From Phyllosticta citribraziliensis (Eukaryota): a stretch of 64,000 nt of DNA. Positions 34,228-49,100 of the stretch are shown piece by piece. The stretch lies in NCBI RefSeq assembly GCF_038025025.1, contig NW_027117339.1, forward strand, positions 1,240,001-1,304,000. Direction: 5' to 3'. Each line of letters opens with the position of its first letter. The first letter of the stretch is position 1. The translations under genes and the position numbers were made by a program. The notes under the pieces were generated by a model. It had not been told where the DNA came from. It ran no database searches and worked only from the letters and a program-made list of their open reading frames with translations.

Positions 34228-37200
34228 ATGGCACCAACTACAGTCTACTACCTGCCTCTGACCGACGGTGGAGCTCCAGATGTCCCTGGCGGCTACATAT
34301 ACATGCCACCTCCCACCGACAAGCCCTACGTTGTTCGATTTGCCATTGACGGCACCAGCTCCATCTGTCGCTTTGGCAGCTTGTGGGTCAACATTCCCGC
34401 CAAGGGCGAGCAGTTTCAGCGCGATCGCTTCCGGGAATACAAGTAGGTTTGCTGTGTCTGTGTGAAGTCGGCTGTTTTTGACAAAGTCAGGCTTCGTCCC
34501 GACTTCAATGGCACCATTGAAATTGACTACCCCATCTACTCTGCCGGCGCCTTTGCCTTCTACTCGACTTACACGCCTCTGCCGGAATTCTCCCCCGATG
34601 ACCTTGTTTCGCCCAAGCCCACCAAGACGCCCACCTACTACATCGACGTGTCGCCAAAGTTGAAGCTCGGAAACACACTCATGCCGCTAGACTCGCTGTC
34701 CATCTTCTCCGTCATTTCAAAGTTCATGGGCAAATACCCGACTGACTGGGAAAGCCACTTTGCGGGCATCAGCCAGAGGGGCTACAACATGGTGCACTTC
34801 ACTCCTTTGATGATGCGAGGAAATTCCAACTCGCCATACAGCATCTTCGACCAGCATCAGTTTGACAAGAACCTGTTTCCTCGCGGCGAGCAGGACATTG
34901 CCGCCATGGTCGAGAAGATGAAGGACCAGTACAAGCTGTTTGCTTTGACAGACGTCGTCTGGAACCACACTGCCAACAACAGCAAGTGGCTGGAAGAGCA
35001 TCCGGAAGCTGGATACAACCTCGAAACCGCACCCCATTTGGAGGCTGCACTCGAACTCGACACTGCGCTACTCAAGCTTGGCAGAGAACTTCTGGAACTC
35101 GGCCTCCCCACGACCATCAACAGTTCCAACGATCTTGAGAAGATCATGACTGCCATCAAAACTGAGGTCGTTGACAAGCTCCAGCTTTGGCAATACTACG
35201 TTGTCGATGTCGAGCGCAACACCAAGGAAATTGTGAAAGCATGGACCGAAGGCGAAATCACGTTCCCCGACAATGCATTTGGCAGACTCGGCGTCGCAGG
35301 CATACAGGAAGCCAAGAATTGGTCATCCAAGGAAAAGGTAGACTGGCTCATCCAGCACGCCTTTCTTGGAAACGACAGGCTTGGTCAGAGGTTCCGCCGC
35401 CGGTTGGACCCCAGAACTGCTGCTGCCCTTCTTGCCGCTCTCTTCGGCCGATTCGAGAGCAGGAAGTCCGGCACTCCAGACGAAAGGAGCGCATATGACA
35501 CCATGCACAAGTTCCTCCAGGATGTAAATGTTGAATTCTACAAGGAATACGATGACGACGCTGTAACAATCATGGACCAGCTGCGCAATCGCATCAAGTA
35601 CGTCCGTCTCGACGACCACGGACCGAAACTTGGTGCAATCAACAAGAGGAACCCCCTGATCGAGTCTTACTTCACGAGACTGCCGGACAACGCGACGACC
35701 AGAAAGCACAGCAAACGAGCTCTTGCCCTTGTCAACAACGGTTGGATATGGGCTGCCGACGCAATGAAGGACAATGCCGGTCCACAGTCTCGCGCATATC
35801 TCCGCAGAGAGGTCATCGTGTGGGGTGACTGCGTGAAGCTCCGCTATGGCAAAGGCCCCCAGGACAACCCATTCCTGTGGGAATTCATGACCAAATACAC
35901 TCGGCTTATGGCCAAGTACTTCACGGGTTTCCGCATCGACAACTGCCACTCGACCCCAATCCATGTTGCCGAGCACATGCTGGACGAAGCGCGCAAAGTC
36001 CGACCCGACCTTGTCGTCGGCGCAGAGCTCTTCACTGGGTCCGAGGACATGGACTTTGTCTTCTGCAAACGCCTAGGCATCAGTTTCCTGATCCGGGAGG
36101 CCATGCAAGCTTGGAGCACCCAAGAGTTGAGCCGATTGGTCCATCGCCACGCAGGTATTCCCATTGGCAGCTTCGAATTGGATGAGATCAGCCAGGTCGC
36201 TGCCTCTTCTGAAAATGTCAACGGTGCTGGATCCCATGAGATCGTCCGGAGAATTCGGCAAAGCCCCGTCCACGCCCTGTTCATGGATTGCACTCACGAC
36301 AACGAGGCACCGGCCCAGAAGCGCGATGCGCGAGACACGCTCCCAACAGCTGCCCTTGTGGCAATGTGCGCTTGTGCCACGGGAAGTGTCATGGGCTTTG
36401 ACGACTGTTACCCCGAGCTCATCGACCTGGTTCATGAAACCCGCAGCTATTCGTCTGCATACTCGACCGCAGGCTTACTCAAGGTCGAGGCAGCAGAGGG
36501 AGGCATTGGCGGAATCAAGAAACTTCTCAATCAAATCCACACGCTCATGGGCCAAGACGGTTACGACGAGACATTCATCCACCACGACCGCGAGTACATT
36601 ACCGTACATCGCGTGCACCCTCATACCAGGAAGGGATACTTCTTGGTTGCCCACACCGCCTTCCCCGGCTACGGCAATGGAGATGGTGGCTTTCCCCCTG
36701 TGCATCTCCCTGGCACGAAGGCCAAGCTCATGGGCTCGTGGTCGTTTGAGGTTGATGCGTCTGCTCAAGCCAAGACGAGCGTTAGAAACGACAAGAAGCT
36801 GCTGCGAGGCTTGCCCAGTCGGACCAAAGATATCACCGGAGTCAAGATCGAATCGAACGGCGACAACACCACCATTTCAGTCCCCGCCAACTTCAATCCT
36901 GGAAGTATCGCCTTGTTCGAGACTTGGATCCCGAGCTGCGAGCACTCCGAAGGCCTTGACAAGTTCGTCGCAAGCGAGGGTGCATCCGCATTCAAGAACT
37001 GCAGCCTCATCGACCTCAATCAAATTCTGTACCGCTGCGAGCCCGAGGAGCGAGATTTGAGCGGCGGCAAAGATGGCGTGTACACTGTTCCCGGCGTTGG
37101 GCCACTCGTCTATGCTGGTTTGCAAGGCTGGTGGAGTGTCCTGCGCGATGTCGTCAAATACAATGACCTCGGCCATCCAATTTGCAACCACCTTCGCGAG

Positions 37201-38963
37201 GGCCAGTGGGCTCTGGACTACTGCGCTGGAAGGCTCGAGAGGTTGTCGAAACAGCCTGGATACGAGAACCTCCACGCAGTCTCGACCTGGCTCAACGAAC
37301 GATTTGAGGCGATTCGCAAGATCCCAAACTTCCTTTTGCCAAGATACTTTGCCTTGACGATCCAAACTGCGTATAACGCTGCTGTTGCTCGCGGTGTTGA
37401 GCTTTTGAACGACAACGTCCGCAACGGGCAGAAATTCCTCCAGAAGCTTGCCTTGGTCAGCATTCAAGTGACCGGTCACATGAACAACGCGTCGCTTTGG
37501 CCCGAGAAGTCCGTTCCCTCCATGGCAGCAGGTCTGCCGCATTTCTCAAACGACTGGGGAAGAGCCTGGGGCCGAGACATTTTCATTTCCCTCAGAGGTC
37601 TGTACTTGGGCACTGGTCGTTACACCGATGCGAGGGAGCACATCGTGGCATTCGCCAGCGTTGTCAAGCATGGAATGATCCCCAATCTCCTCAGCAGCGG
37701 CAAGCTTCCCCGATACAACTCTCGAGACTCGGTTTGGTTCTTCTTGCAGAACATTCAAGATTACACCAAGATCGTGCCGAAAGGCAGTGGCCTTTTGCAG
37801 GAGAGCGTCAAGCGGCGGTTCCAGCCGTATGACGACACCTGGTTCCCTTGGGACGACAAGCGAGCCTACTCGACCAAAAGCACGATCGAAGACGTAATTC
37901 AAGAATGTCTGCAACGCCATGCCTCTGGTATGTCTTTCCGAGAGTATAACGCCGGTCCGAACTTGGACAGTCAGATGAAGGACCAGGGATTCAACATTGA
38001 CATTCATCCTGACTGGAAGAGTGGAATCATTTTCGGAGGCAACCAATTCAACTGCGGCACCTGGATGGACAAGATGGGCGAGAGCGAGAAAGCCGGCAAC
38101 AAGGGTGTGCCTGGAACGCCTCGCGATGGAGCTGCCATCGAAATTACCGCCATGCTTTACAGCGCCTGCAAATGGGTTGCAGAACTGCACAAGCAAGGTC
38201 TCTACAAGTACGATGGCGTTGACATCTCCAATGGACATCTCAAGTTCTCCGACTGGGCGGCCAAGATCAAAGCCAGTTTCGAGTGGGCTTACTACATTCC
38301 ACGCGACGAGGTCGATGACAAGAAGTACGATGTCAACACCAGCATCGTCAACCGCCGTGGCATCTACAAGGACCTGTACCGCTCAGGCAAAGAGTACGAA
38401 GACTACCAGCTGCGTCCCAACTTTCCGATCGCCATGAGTGTGGCACCGGACCTGTTTGATCCTGACAAGGCTCTTTATGCCATCTACATGGCTGACAAGA
38501 TTCTCCGCGGCCCCACGGGCATGGCAACGCTTGACCCCTCGGACCTCAACTACCGCCCCTACTACATCAACTCGGATGACTCGACAGACTTTCACACTGC
38601 CAAGGGACGCAACTACCATCAGGGACCTGAGTGGCTATGGCCCACTGGCTTCTTCCTGCGTGCCTTTTTGCGTTTCGACTTGATGCGACGCAAGACGCCC
38701 GAAGAACGGATTGAGACCTACCAGCAGGTCACCAGACGGTTGCACGGGTGCATGGAGGCGATTGATCAGAGTCCGTGGGCTGGACTGACGGAGCTGACGA
38801 ACAAGGACGGTGCTTTCTGTGCGGATTCGGTGAGTCATGACACTTTCTCTCTTGACCTGCAGATTACTGACGCAATCTTCAATAGTCTCCCACACAGTCA
38901 TGGTCGGCTAGCTGCCTCATTGATTTGTACCAGGACGCAAAGGAATTCACAGATGGGCAGTAG
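34228..38963 (+). CDS. GDB1: Glycogen debranching enzyme (4-alpha-glucanotransferase / amylo-1,6-glucosidase); introns ~34443-34490 and 38830-38885
   Basis: GYNMVHFTPL, DVVWNHTA, GFRIDNCHSTP, MDCTHDNE, WGRDIFISLRGL, CGTWMDKMGES, NYHQGPEWLW, SPTQSWS. Confidence 0.97.
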
Positions 38964-39453
38964 AACTGGGGCAGTAAAGGCGTTGGCAGAGGATCGACAA
39001 GACCTAGACCTAAGAAAGTGGTCAGTTGGAGCGAATCGGTGGGGGAAAATCCGGCGGTAAGAACCAACCTGAAGTTTGCAGGACGAAGTGTTGGTGGACA
39101 GGTCACGGAATAGTCTCGTTTTCATCCTGTCTCTTCTCCCTTGGTAGTCAGATGGCACCTAGATCCTAGACCGATTGTCGATTGGTAATAATGGTATCCC
39201 TCTCCCTACTGCATGACTTCTCCGGCTGTATTTGAGGTGACTGATGGATGCTCCCTACGTGTTTCTCAATACTTGTGATTCCCATCGTTTTCCTCAGGCA
39301 TTCCACGACAGTGTGTCTGGTGTGGGGGATGTGCGACCAGGATTCGTTCTCGCCGGAAAATAGTCGGTCAATCAACGCGTCACGTCGCGTCGAGGGCGAC
39401 ACGGCCAAGCCTATTCACGACATCCAATCAACCAGCCGCCACACACCACAACC

Positions 39454-42400
39454 ATGGCCCCCAGCAGCTCGCCCTTTGCTTCCTCCCAGACCAAGAAGCA
39501 GGCGTCCATTTCGAGCTTCTTCCAGAAAAAGCCGCCCACCAACGCGCCAAAAGAGAAGCCAAGGGCGCCGCCTGAGCTTGCCTCTTCACCTCCAATCGAA
39601 GTTTCGAAAGCTGCGCCCGGATCCGGTGACCCAGAGCAGCTCTCGAACGACGAAGATGATGGCGATGAACCCTCCGTCTCCAGACGCAAATTCTCGAACG
39701 CATTGAAGCGTGCGAAGACGACTGAAGCAGCGGACGAGAACGCCGTCCTGGTTCCAGCAGCCAAAAGACCTCGCCACAACGTTGTAGACGACGACGACAA
39801 CTATGAGGAAGACAGCAAAGATGTTACCGTCACACAACCTCCTCCCACGCAAATCGATCCTTCCGAAGACGGCCGCACATCCCTGGGGCGCGTGAGCGAT
39901 GCTGGCCTCAACGGCACCCGCGGCGCAAAAGTGACGGAGCGCACATCGCGATACCTCTTTTCTAGCTCACCACTAGTGGCTGCAGAAGGCGAAAACAATG
40001 CAGAAGGCGAAGACGAGGACTCGAAAAGGCGCAAGGAGCGGTTGCACAAGCAATTTGTCAAGAAGCTGGGACGGCCGGATAGCATGGCAGAAATTAAACG
40101 AAAGAACCATGTCTTGGATGGAGCAGAATCAAAAGAGGGCGAGGAAGGCGGCGAAGATGATGGCGTCTTGGATGAAGGTGATGAAGAGCCGGCACCCAAA
40201 GGCAAAGGGAAGGGCGGCGCAAAGGCAAAAAAGGGCGCGAGCAAGTTGACCCCAATGGAAAAGCAGATTATCGAACTGAAGAAGAAGCATGCGGACACAA
40301 TCCTGGTCGTCGAGGTGGGGTACAAGTTCCGCTTCTTTGGCGAGGATGCCCGAGTCGCAGCGAAGGAGTTGGGAATCGTGTGCATTCCCGGGAAAATGAG
40401 GTTTGACGAACGTGTGTTGCCCGCCCATCTTCCTTGAAATCAAGTGATGTCGTTGCTGACGATTCGAAGATCCCTCTGAAGCGCACCTCGACCGCTTTGC
40501 CGGTGCCAGTTTCCCTACGCACCGTCTCCATGTCCATGTCAAGAGGTTGGTTGCCGCAGGTCACAAGGTGGGCGTCGTGAGACAGCTTGAAACCGCAGCG
40601 CTGAAAGCTGCGGGAGAAAACCGAGGCGGTCCATTCGTCCGCAAGCTCACGAATCTTTACACCAAAGGCACCTATATTGACGACGTCGAGGCTCTCGAAG
40701 GCAACGGTGCAGGTGCCAATGGACCCTCAAACAGTGGACACTTGCTCTGCCTTACGGAAAGCAATGCCAAGGGATGGGGAACGGACGAGAAGGTCCAGGT
40801 TGGCATTGTTGCTGTACAGCCATCTACCGGAGACATTGTTTACGACGACTTTGAGGACGGCTTCATGAGGAGCGAGATTGAGACGCGACTGCTACACATT
40901 GCGCCTTGCGAATTTATTGTCGTTGGCGAGACCTCGAAAGCAACCGGAAAAATGATTCAGCACCTGTCGAGATCAAAAAGCAATGTCTTTGGAGATCAGG
41001 CACGGGTTGAAAGAGTCGAGAAAGTGAAGACCATGGCTGCGCAAGCTTACAGTCACATTTCCAGCTTTTACGCGGACAAGGTCAAGGATGCCGAGGGCAG
41101 TTCGGATACAACAAACGTCTTGGACAAGGTCCACCAGCTGTCCGAGCATGTCACGATTTGCCTTTCGGCAATGATCACTCACATGAGCGAGTATGGCCTC
41201 GAGAACGTCTTTGACCTCACCAAAAACTTTCAGCCGTTTTCTGCTCGGTCCCACATGCTACTCAATGGAAACACGTTGACTAGTCTCGAGGTGTACCAGA
41301 ACCAGACAGACCACACCGTCAAAGGCAGCCTCTTCTGGACAATGGACAGAACCAAAACCCGCTTCGGCCAGCGACTTTTGAGGAAGTGGGTTGGGCGGCC
41401 CCTTCTCAGCAAGCCACACCTTGAGGAGCGCATCGCAGCCGTGGAAGAACTTCGGAGCAGTGAAAAGCTTGCCTCGACTGACAAGTTGAAAAGATTGCTG
41501 TCTCAGATTCGGACGGACCTGGAAAAGTCACTGATCAGAATATACTACCAAAAGTGCACCCGTCCGGAGCTCCTCGGAGTCCTGCAGGCGCTTCAACGGA
41601 TCGCTGGCGAGTACGCACATGTAACGTCTCCAGGAAGGGCCGGATTCAAGTCGGAACTCCTTCAATCGGCGATTGCGAACCTGCCACTCATCTCGGATGA
41701 TGTGGTTGGTTTCCTTAATCGCACAAACCTCCAAGCAGCCAAGGAGGACGACAAGTACAACTTTTTCCGAGAAGAGCACGAGACGGAAGACATTACCGAT
41801 CACAAAATGGGGATTGTGGGTGTCGAGCATGAGCTCGACGAACATAAAAAGGACGCAGCAGCGACGCTCAAAAAGTCCAAGGTGCAGTACGTGACAAAAT
41901 CTGGCATCGAGTTCCTCATCGAAGTGAGCAACACAGAAGTCAAAAGAGTGCCAGCCTCGTGGATCAAAATCAACGGCACCAAGGCTGTTTCTCGCTTTCA
42001 CACGCCAGAGGTCAAGCGTCTTATTCAAGACAGAGACCTTCATAAAGAAGCACTGGCAGCCGCCTGCGACGCGGCATTCAAGGCCCTCTTGGGTGAAATC
42101 GCGACCAAGTACCAATCGTTCCGCGACTGCATCCAATCCCTCGCTACGCTCGACTGCCTGCTGTCCCTCGCCGAAATCAGCAACCAACCGGGCTACGTGA
42201 AGCCCTCATACGCGGACGACATCTGCATCGACGTCAAAGAAGGCCGGCACCCCATGGTCGAACAGCTCCTCCTCGACTCGTACGTGCCCAACGACATTTC
42301 GCTCTCGTCGTCGGGCACGCGCGCGCTGCTCATCACGGGGCCCAACATGGGCGGCAAGTCCAGCTACGTGCGGCAAGTGGCGCTGATCAGCATCATGGGA

Positions 42401-43130
42401 CAAGTCGGCTCGTACGTGCCGGCGTCGTCGGCGCGGCTAGGCATGCTCGACGCCGTCTTCACGCGCATGGGCGCCTTCGACAACATGATGGCGGGCGAGT
42501 CGACCTTCATGGTCGAGCTGTCCGAGACGGCCGACATCCTCAAGCAGGCGTCGCCGCGCTCGCTCGTCATCCTCGACGAGCTGGGCCGCGGCACCAGCAC
42601 CCACGACGGCGTCGCCATTGCCGCCGCCGTCCTCGATCACATGGTCCGCGCCGTTGGCGCGCTCGTGCTCTTCATCACGCACTACCAGAACCTCGCCAAG
42701 CTGGCCGACGGCTTCGATGGTCAGGAGCTCAAGAACGTGCACATGCGCTTCGAGGAGGGTGACAGCAGCGGCGGCGGCCGCGAAGAGGTAACCTTTCTGT
42801 ATGAGGTTGGCGAGGGCGTTGCGCACCGCAGCTACGGCCTCAACGTTGCTCGTCTGGCCAACGTGCCCGACGCGGTGATTGACGTGGCGGCTGTCAAGAG
42901 CCGCGAGTTGGAGGACGAGATGCGGAGGCGCGGTGTCGCTGGATTGTGAGTTTTCCCCAATGGCTATATCGCCTTTTCCTGTATCCACCCCACTGAACTT
43001 CTTTTTTTTGCTTTTTGGTCGCCTGCGTTACTGACATGTGGTGAATAGGTCAAGCGCCATGGCGAGGTTGCTGGACAAGGGCGAAGACGCCGACTTGGAG
43101 GCGCTAATCAGCGGTGTCGAGCAGCTATAG
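39454..43130 (+). CDS. MSH3: DNA mismatch repair protein Msh3 (introns ~40412-40470 and 42946-43049)
   Basis: N-terminal PIP box [29 protein letters not shown] (Msh3-type K), [38 protein letters not shown]. Confidence 0.96.
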
Positions 43131-43789
43131 TGTCCTTGGTTATGGCGATTACTGTGAAAATTCTAGAGCGGGTATGGCGTGTAACTCGACGGAGTTTCTT
43201 GTGTGCAGCAAAGTATCCGATGGGTATTACGGCTTGGCTACAAGAGGCGGCAAGGTATAGCTACAAAGGCTTTCAGCGATCAAACGGGAATTATAAAAAG
43301 CATTTCAACCAGGCAATTTCGCAATTGATTCCCTCGTGTCCGATCTTCGGCCTTGCGAGCGTTCCACGGAGGCCACATTCCTCATCGGGTAGATGGACCC
43401 CGGCAGTCGTCCGCACCCGTCCGCAAAAGGCTGCAATTGCAAGAATATAGTTGAAGACAGGGAAACAAGTACTTTTGCTGTGGACAAGTACAATGTACGA
43501 GAGGCATGATCGTTAATTGTGACGTGAAGGTCAAAAAGTGGCAGCAGAAAACCGAAATTGTTAGCTAACATGCGTGCTGTCGTGACAGCAACGCCTGGGC
43601 TAAACGGAAGAAATGAAAAAATCGTCAAAGATACCTTGGATATACAGAACTGTGCCATTGAAGCCATTGAAATGCCATCACGTCGTGACCTCGTTCAGCC
43701 ATCTATTTTTGTTTTCCCGTGAATCGTGTTTTTCTCTGTTGTCCTCATGCCAGTCCACAGCTACTCAACGCTAGATGGCAATGGGACGA

Positions 43790-45206
43790 TTAGTGCGGAC
43801 TGCCATTGGCGTGCCGCTTTCCGTTCAAGGTCTCGTCGGCGTCGCCGATGCGAGGATGGCTCTTCGATTCTCCGCTCGAGAAGGGACTCTTGCTGCGCCT
43901 GCGACCACCAGAAGTTAATTTGTGGGAAGGATAAAAAACGGGCGAGCTACGCACGATCTCCTCCGTTGTGCCTCCTTTCTGAAGTCTTCAATGATCTTGA
44001 GCATTTCCTTGCGTCCAGCGCTTGCATCAAAGTCCTTGTCGCGCATGCCCATGCCGACTTTTTCTTTGGAGCCCGCTCTCAGAAGCTTGTTCAAAAGCAA
44101 GTGTCGCATCATCAGACAGACGTAGACGCCACAGTCGCTGCCGTTCTCTTGCTGGGGGGAATCGCGCATGGGCACGAATCTGATCTGTTGGCGCAAGATT
44201 GACGATATCTTGTTCGTCACGATGTAGGCCTCCCGGTCGTTGGACTGCTGCAGCGAGTCGTAGTGGAAAGCAACGCCGTCGACGGTGCTGACGACCAGTA
44301 ACGACCAGTGCGAACCGCCCTCTGCCTCCATGACATTTCGACAATCGTTGATGGGGAGAAATATATGCGTCGTCTCGTAGAAGTTGGGCAGGGCGTCTTT
44401 GACGATGGCAGGATCGGGCGTCTGGAGGAGCATGAAGACCATCGAGGGGCGGAGAAGGTTGATTCGGGCTCGCGGGTATTCTACCAGCTTCTCATGTTCC
44501 AGGTACCTGTGTGGATCCAGTGTCAACGTTGCTGCGTCGTTTTCGTCCTGTTGGCAGGTGGCAGTACTCTTCCCAGAATGAAATTGCCTATCGTCATGTT
44601 AGGAAGCCTTTCCAGTCCATAGCTGCAAAGTACCAACACTATCGTTCAACCAGTCTGACCGTATGCAGCTCACATCCTCCTTGGTTACTGAGTATACCAT
44701 TAGCGCTTTACGATGGACAGGGCGGGTAGGATTCGCAACATACGGGATACATCGTGATCTGCAGCGGCGTTAGCATCGTCGCTGGCTCTAGGGTGTGGCT
44801 TGCTTACAGCTGAGGTACGTATCGTGTGGTGATAGCTGCTGCGTGGTCAGCGGCATGAATCATACAGCCTTGAGTAGACTCCGATCTCGGTGCTCGAGAG
44901 TTGAAGACGGGTTCCGGGATGCGCCAGGCCGAGTTTGATTCGTGGGTTGCGAAGCGGTCGGAGAGAAGCATTGGAAGGCTCTCTCTCGGCAGAGGCAGAG
45001 ACGCAAGCTGGGCGACCGACATATTGCAGTCGATGATGTGCAGAGGCGGTTCGACGGACTGGCTGGCGCATCTCGGAGCCGTGGTACGTGTGCGGCACAA
45101 TTGCGGGAGTGCCAGAGGGCTGGGATAGTCAAAGTTCCACACGGACACTTACATTGTCGCCGAAATGTTTGCTCACACGGCCTCCAAAGGGGTGGAAGCC
45201 AGACAT
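43790..45206 (-). CDS. DEN1: NEDD8-specific cysteine protease (Ulp1 family, DEN1/SENP8/NEP1-like), several short exons
   Basis: YLSYHDVSL, DWLNDSAISFWEEYLEHE, FLPINDC, GGSHWSLLVVS, HYDSL, PQQENGSDCGVYVC catalytic motifs. Confidence 0.9.
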
Positions 45207-46183
45207 TGTAGGGTAAGGGTCAGCAGTCGGAGACAGAGGGAGAGGGAGAGGCTGTGGAGGTCCAGATGTAGAAAGAATTGGTAGAGCAAGGGATGAAGGG
45301 TGAAGAGGGGAGTGTATTGGGGATGGTGTTGAAGGCCAAGCGGCGAGAAAGTTGGTGCGGTTAAGTTAGGTGGGTGCCAGTGTCCAGTCCTGGTCGGGTG
45401 GGTCTGTGCAGTAGTGCAGCCGCGGGTGATGACGTTTGTGGGGTTCCCTCGACCTCGACCACCAACCGAACATGGATCCAGTCAACGCTCTCTTCTTGCA
45501 CTGCCCAATCCATCTCATCCATTTCTAGTCGATCGTTGCCTCATTATGCCCTCGTCCCACGACCCTCTCTTGCACATGTGCATCCACAATTCTCCTTGAA
45601 CATCATGACCGCCAAGAGCACGAGACCCTGCATCCGCCAGGCCAGGAACACCTCCCGCCTTTCTCCACCTACTCAATCAGAATCACGGTCGACGTGGAAA
45701 ACTCCCGTAAAATTCATTCATCTTGCTCCTCTCACCACGCTCCTTCGAATTTCTCGGCTGCTTCCTTCCTCCCGCCCGCAGCGACGCGCAGCCAGACTTA
45801 CTCCAACATGGACTAGCCCCAGCGCTGGCAGACTAGTGCGCCCAAACGAAGGAATGCACGCACACGTCATCAATTCTGTGAGCTCGGCAACATCGCGTCC
45901 CGAGACCTACTGCCAAATTTTGCAGCACCGGACGCGCAAGTATTGACTGCTCCATGTGTCAACCCTGCTACGAGTTTCTGAGGCTTGGTAGCAACTCCAA
46001 GTATGAGAGCAGATGGGAACACTCATACATTACAATAGGTAATTAACAGGAAACATGCAACTAGCAATGATGGTTAGTCATGAGGGCATTCATACAGGAT
46101 ATTTGGACGACTAGGACGCAGTCGATATGGGACCAAGGAAGGAGAAACAAGCATCAGTGCTCCTCCGACCGTGGAAAGATCAA

Positions 46184-49100
46184 TCAGCGCAAGCCCCCTC
46201 GAATGACGGCCACCTGGCCGTTCTTCGGACAAAGTAGCGATCCATCTCGCATCAACGCGCAAAGCTCCAAGTTCTTACCACTGGTCCAGCCCCGGGGTAT
46301 GAAGAAGTACCGACGCTGGGGATCCAGGCCAATGTCAAAAGAGTCCGGTTTCAATCTGTATGTGCAAAGCCAAAGGTCCGAATCCAGATATGCCAGCCTC
46401 GAGCCCGATAGAAAACCCAAGGGGACATTGACTTTTTCTGCAATGTGTCGTGGGATTGGGAGCTCCGGAAGATTCGCCATCGAGTAGTCGCGACTGTCGG
46501 GACTCAAAGAAGAGCTGTTGAATACAAGAACGCAATTGGTGACTTTTCCTCGAAAAGGCCCTATGCTGATCTGTACAAGCAAATGCTGCCTATCAGGATC
46601 CACGATTACCCTCGTCACTTCCATGTGGTCTTTGACCTTGTCCAAATAATCTGGGGAAATTGACGTCAATGCAGTCGCCATTGAAGTCGCCATGGTCTCC
46701 TCCTCGCGAACACTTGTAAAGCTGTCAACGCGCGTAGAAGCTCTTCCCAGCTTCATGCGACGCTGTTCGCTGAAATCGGCCCAGTCGAAAATTCGCACAT
46801 CATGTGGGCCAACGCCGAGAAAAAGATTCTCGTGAGTTGGGTGGTTTAACCATTTTCTTTTTTTACTGCGCTCGAGGGATGCAGAGATGCATATTTTGCT
46901 GCAGTCGACTGATCGAATCTGGCATTTGTCTTGGAAGACAAGCAGGAGCAGCTTCGAGTCTCTGCTTAGAAGCATTTCATTCGGTCGGACGCGTTTCGAG
47001 TCGACTTCAACGAGCGTCTTGCTAACATGATCGAGGCTCAGGTTTTTGGAGCGGTCCACCCGTGTGAGAACGATGTGTCCATCCATCCACGCAATAAGCT
47101 GCTGCCCATCGTCACTCCACCTGAGGTTGCTGCGGCACATGGGTCCAAACCCCTTTGCTAATTGGAGCGAATCGCCCGTGTGAGCGTTGCGGAGTGTGGC
47201 CGGCCCATCAAATTCACCTGTGCAGTATAGTCTTCCAGTGGGGGCAACTGCCAGAGCATCGATATCTTCAAAATCCTCGTCGTCGCTTTGTGACGTGTGG
47301 GACAAACACGACGAAGTCGGATTTTCGCTCGCGTTGTCCAGAAACGTCTCTTCGGACGCACCGAAGAGAAGCAAATTGTCGGAGGTCCACGCATTCAGGG
47401 TGTTCCACCTAATGTCGTAGAAGCGGGTGCAGTCGGGACTGAAGGCCATGTCCGTGACCAAGTCGTCTGATGGGAGCTGGTACAATGGCACCAACGTGGC
47501 AAAGTTCCAAACTGTGACCGTTCCGTCGGGGCGACTGGACAGAAACAGTTTGCCGTTCGAGCTGGCAGCAACCTCATCCGCGACTGCTCGCACTTCCTCA
47601 TACTCGTCTGTCACCGGATGCCACTTGAAAATGCATGCTCCCTTGACAATGCCAATGATGTGGCCACTGACCGGATTCCAGGTGAAGCGCGGAACACGCA
47701 GCCAAGATGACGAGAGATAGGCCTTGACTCGGAATTCGCCCTTTCCAACGCATCTGCCGATACACTTGGCTCCATCGACTGTCCACACCGCCAATGGATA
47801 GCTTCTATACGACACCCCGATCTGTGTGGCATCTCCATTGAAGGCGACACAGACGGGGGTGTTGATAAATGCTCCCTCAATGTGTTGAGTCTCCCTTAGT
47901 AGCGCTGAATCAAGGATGCGCCAGCCTCTATCAAAGTCATCAATATGGAGCCACAACACAATTCTGTCATCCATGACTGCGTAGACCTTGCTGTCATCAG
48001 AAGCAAATGTGATCGCCTTTGCATCGTTATTTGCTGGGTTTTCGCAGGACGCTAGCACTTCTCCTGACGGTATTGACCAGAGTTTGGTAGTGCTCTGATA
48101 GCCAAAGCTGATCAGTCTGGTACCCGCTTTGTTGAAGCTGATCTTGGACACATGCTCTCCATGGGACAGGACAACAGTTTGTGAAAAATCCCCGGAGCTC
48201 CAGATGAAAATCGTTCCATCAAACCCCAGGACAGCAATGTGGTGCCCAGCGCATATTATCTGATCCGCGTTCACCTTGTCGGGTAGGTCGATCTTAGCCA
48301 GGTTATCGTCCCACTTCTTGTGTGACATGCCGGATACAAGCACTTGAGCCGAGTCTGGATTGTGGAATTGGCGGTGTATGAGCGAGTTTTCTGGACAAAA
48401 GGGGGGAATGAGTTTGTAGACGACGGCGGGATCTTCGATTAGGTGGAAACTGAATTTGCCTATCACTTTCACGAGGTCGACAGTCCACTGATCCAGAATT
48501 TCCAGGTCCGAAATCCGATGGAGCGGCTGGCTACTACCCGCCAGCAGTCTTTTGGCGACGCGGCTGTGGTTGCGCAATATGTTTGATGAGCTGATCATGA
48601 CCTCTAGTTGGCCGACGAGAGACAACGTATGGATCCATGACAGAACCGCCGGGCTTTGTAAGAACTGAACAAGGAGCTTCAGAGAAGCGTCTTTTCGACT
48701 GCTGTGGCGCAAATGATATGGCCAGGAAACTGCAGCGTAGCAGATGAACGGCTCTTCCAACTTGAAAGCCTCCGAATCTTTCAGCAGCTTGACGCGCAGT
48801 CTACTATCCATCAAGGTGGAGAGACACTTTGCAAACAGTTCGCCGTGGGCCTCCCCCAAATCAACTGCAAGCTCGGATCTTGTGATTTGAGTGAAGTATT
48901 CGCGAGCCGTCTGGTGAACCATTCCAACCTGTCCGGTGCCGTCCACATGAATGAACTGCCCGCAGATGTCCCGTATGGTACTCTTGAGATCCAAAAACTC
49001 GGGGAACGCTGGTCTCAGCGCCTCGGACAGTTCCTTCAGATGCAGAGAGCGTTGCGAGCAGAGAGTCCACTGAAGCAAAGCCTTGGAAAGGCGGCGATCG

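Noticed and set aside
38830..39060. ORF-track C-terminus of GDB1 (VSHDTF...KIRR)
   Set aside because: Read-through of the last intron; the spliced end SPTQSWSASCLIDLY stops at 38963
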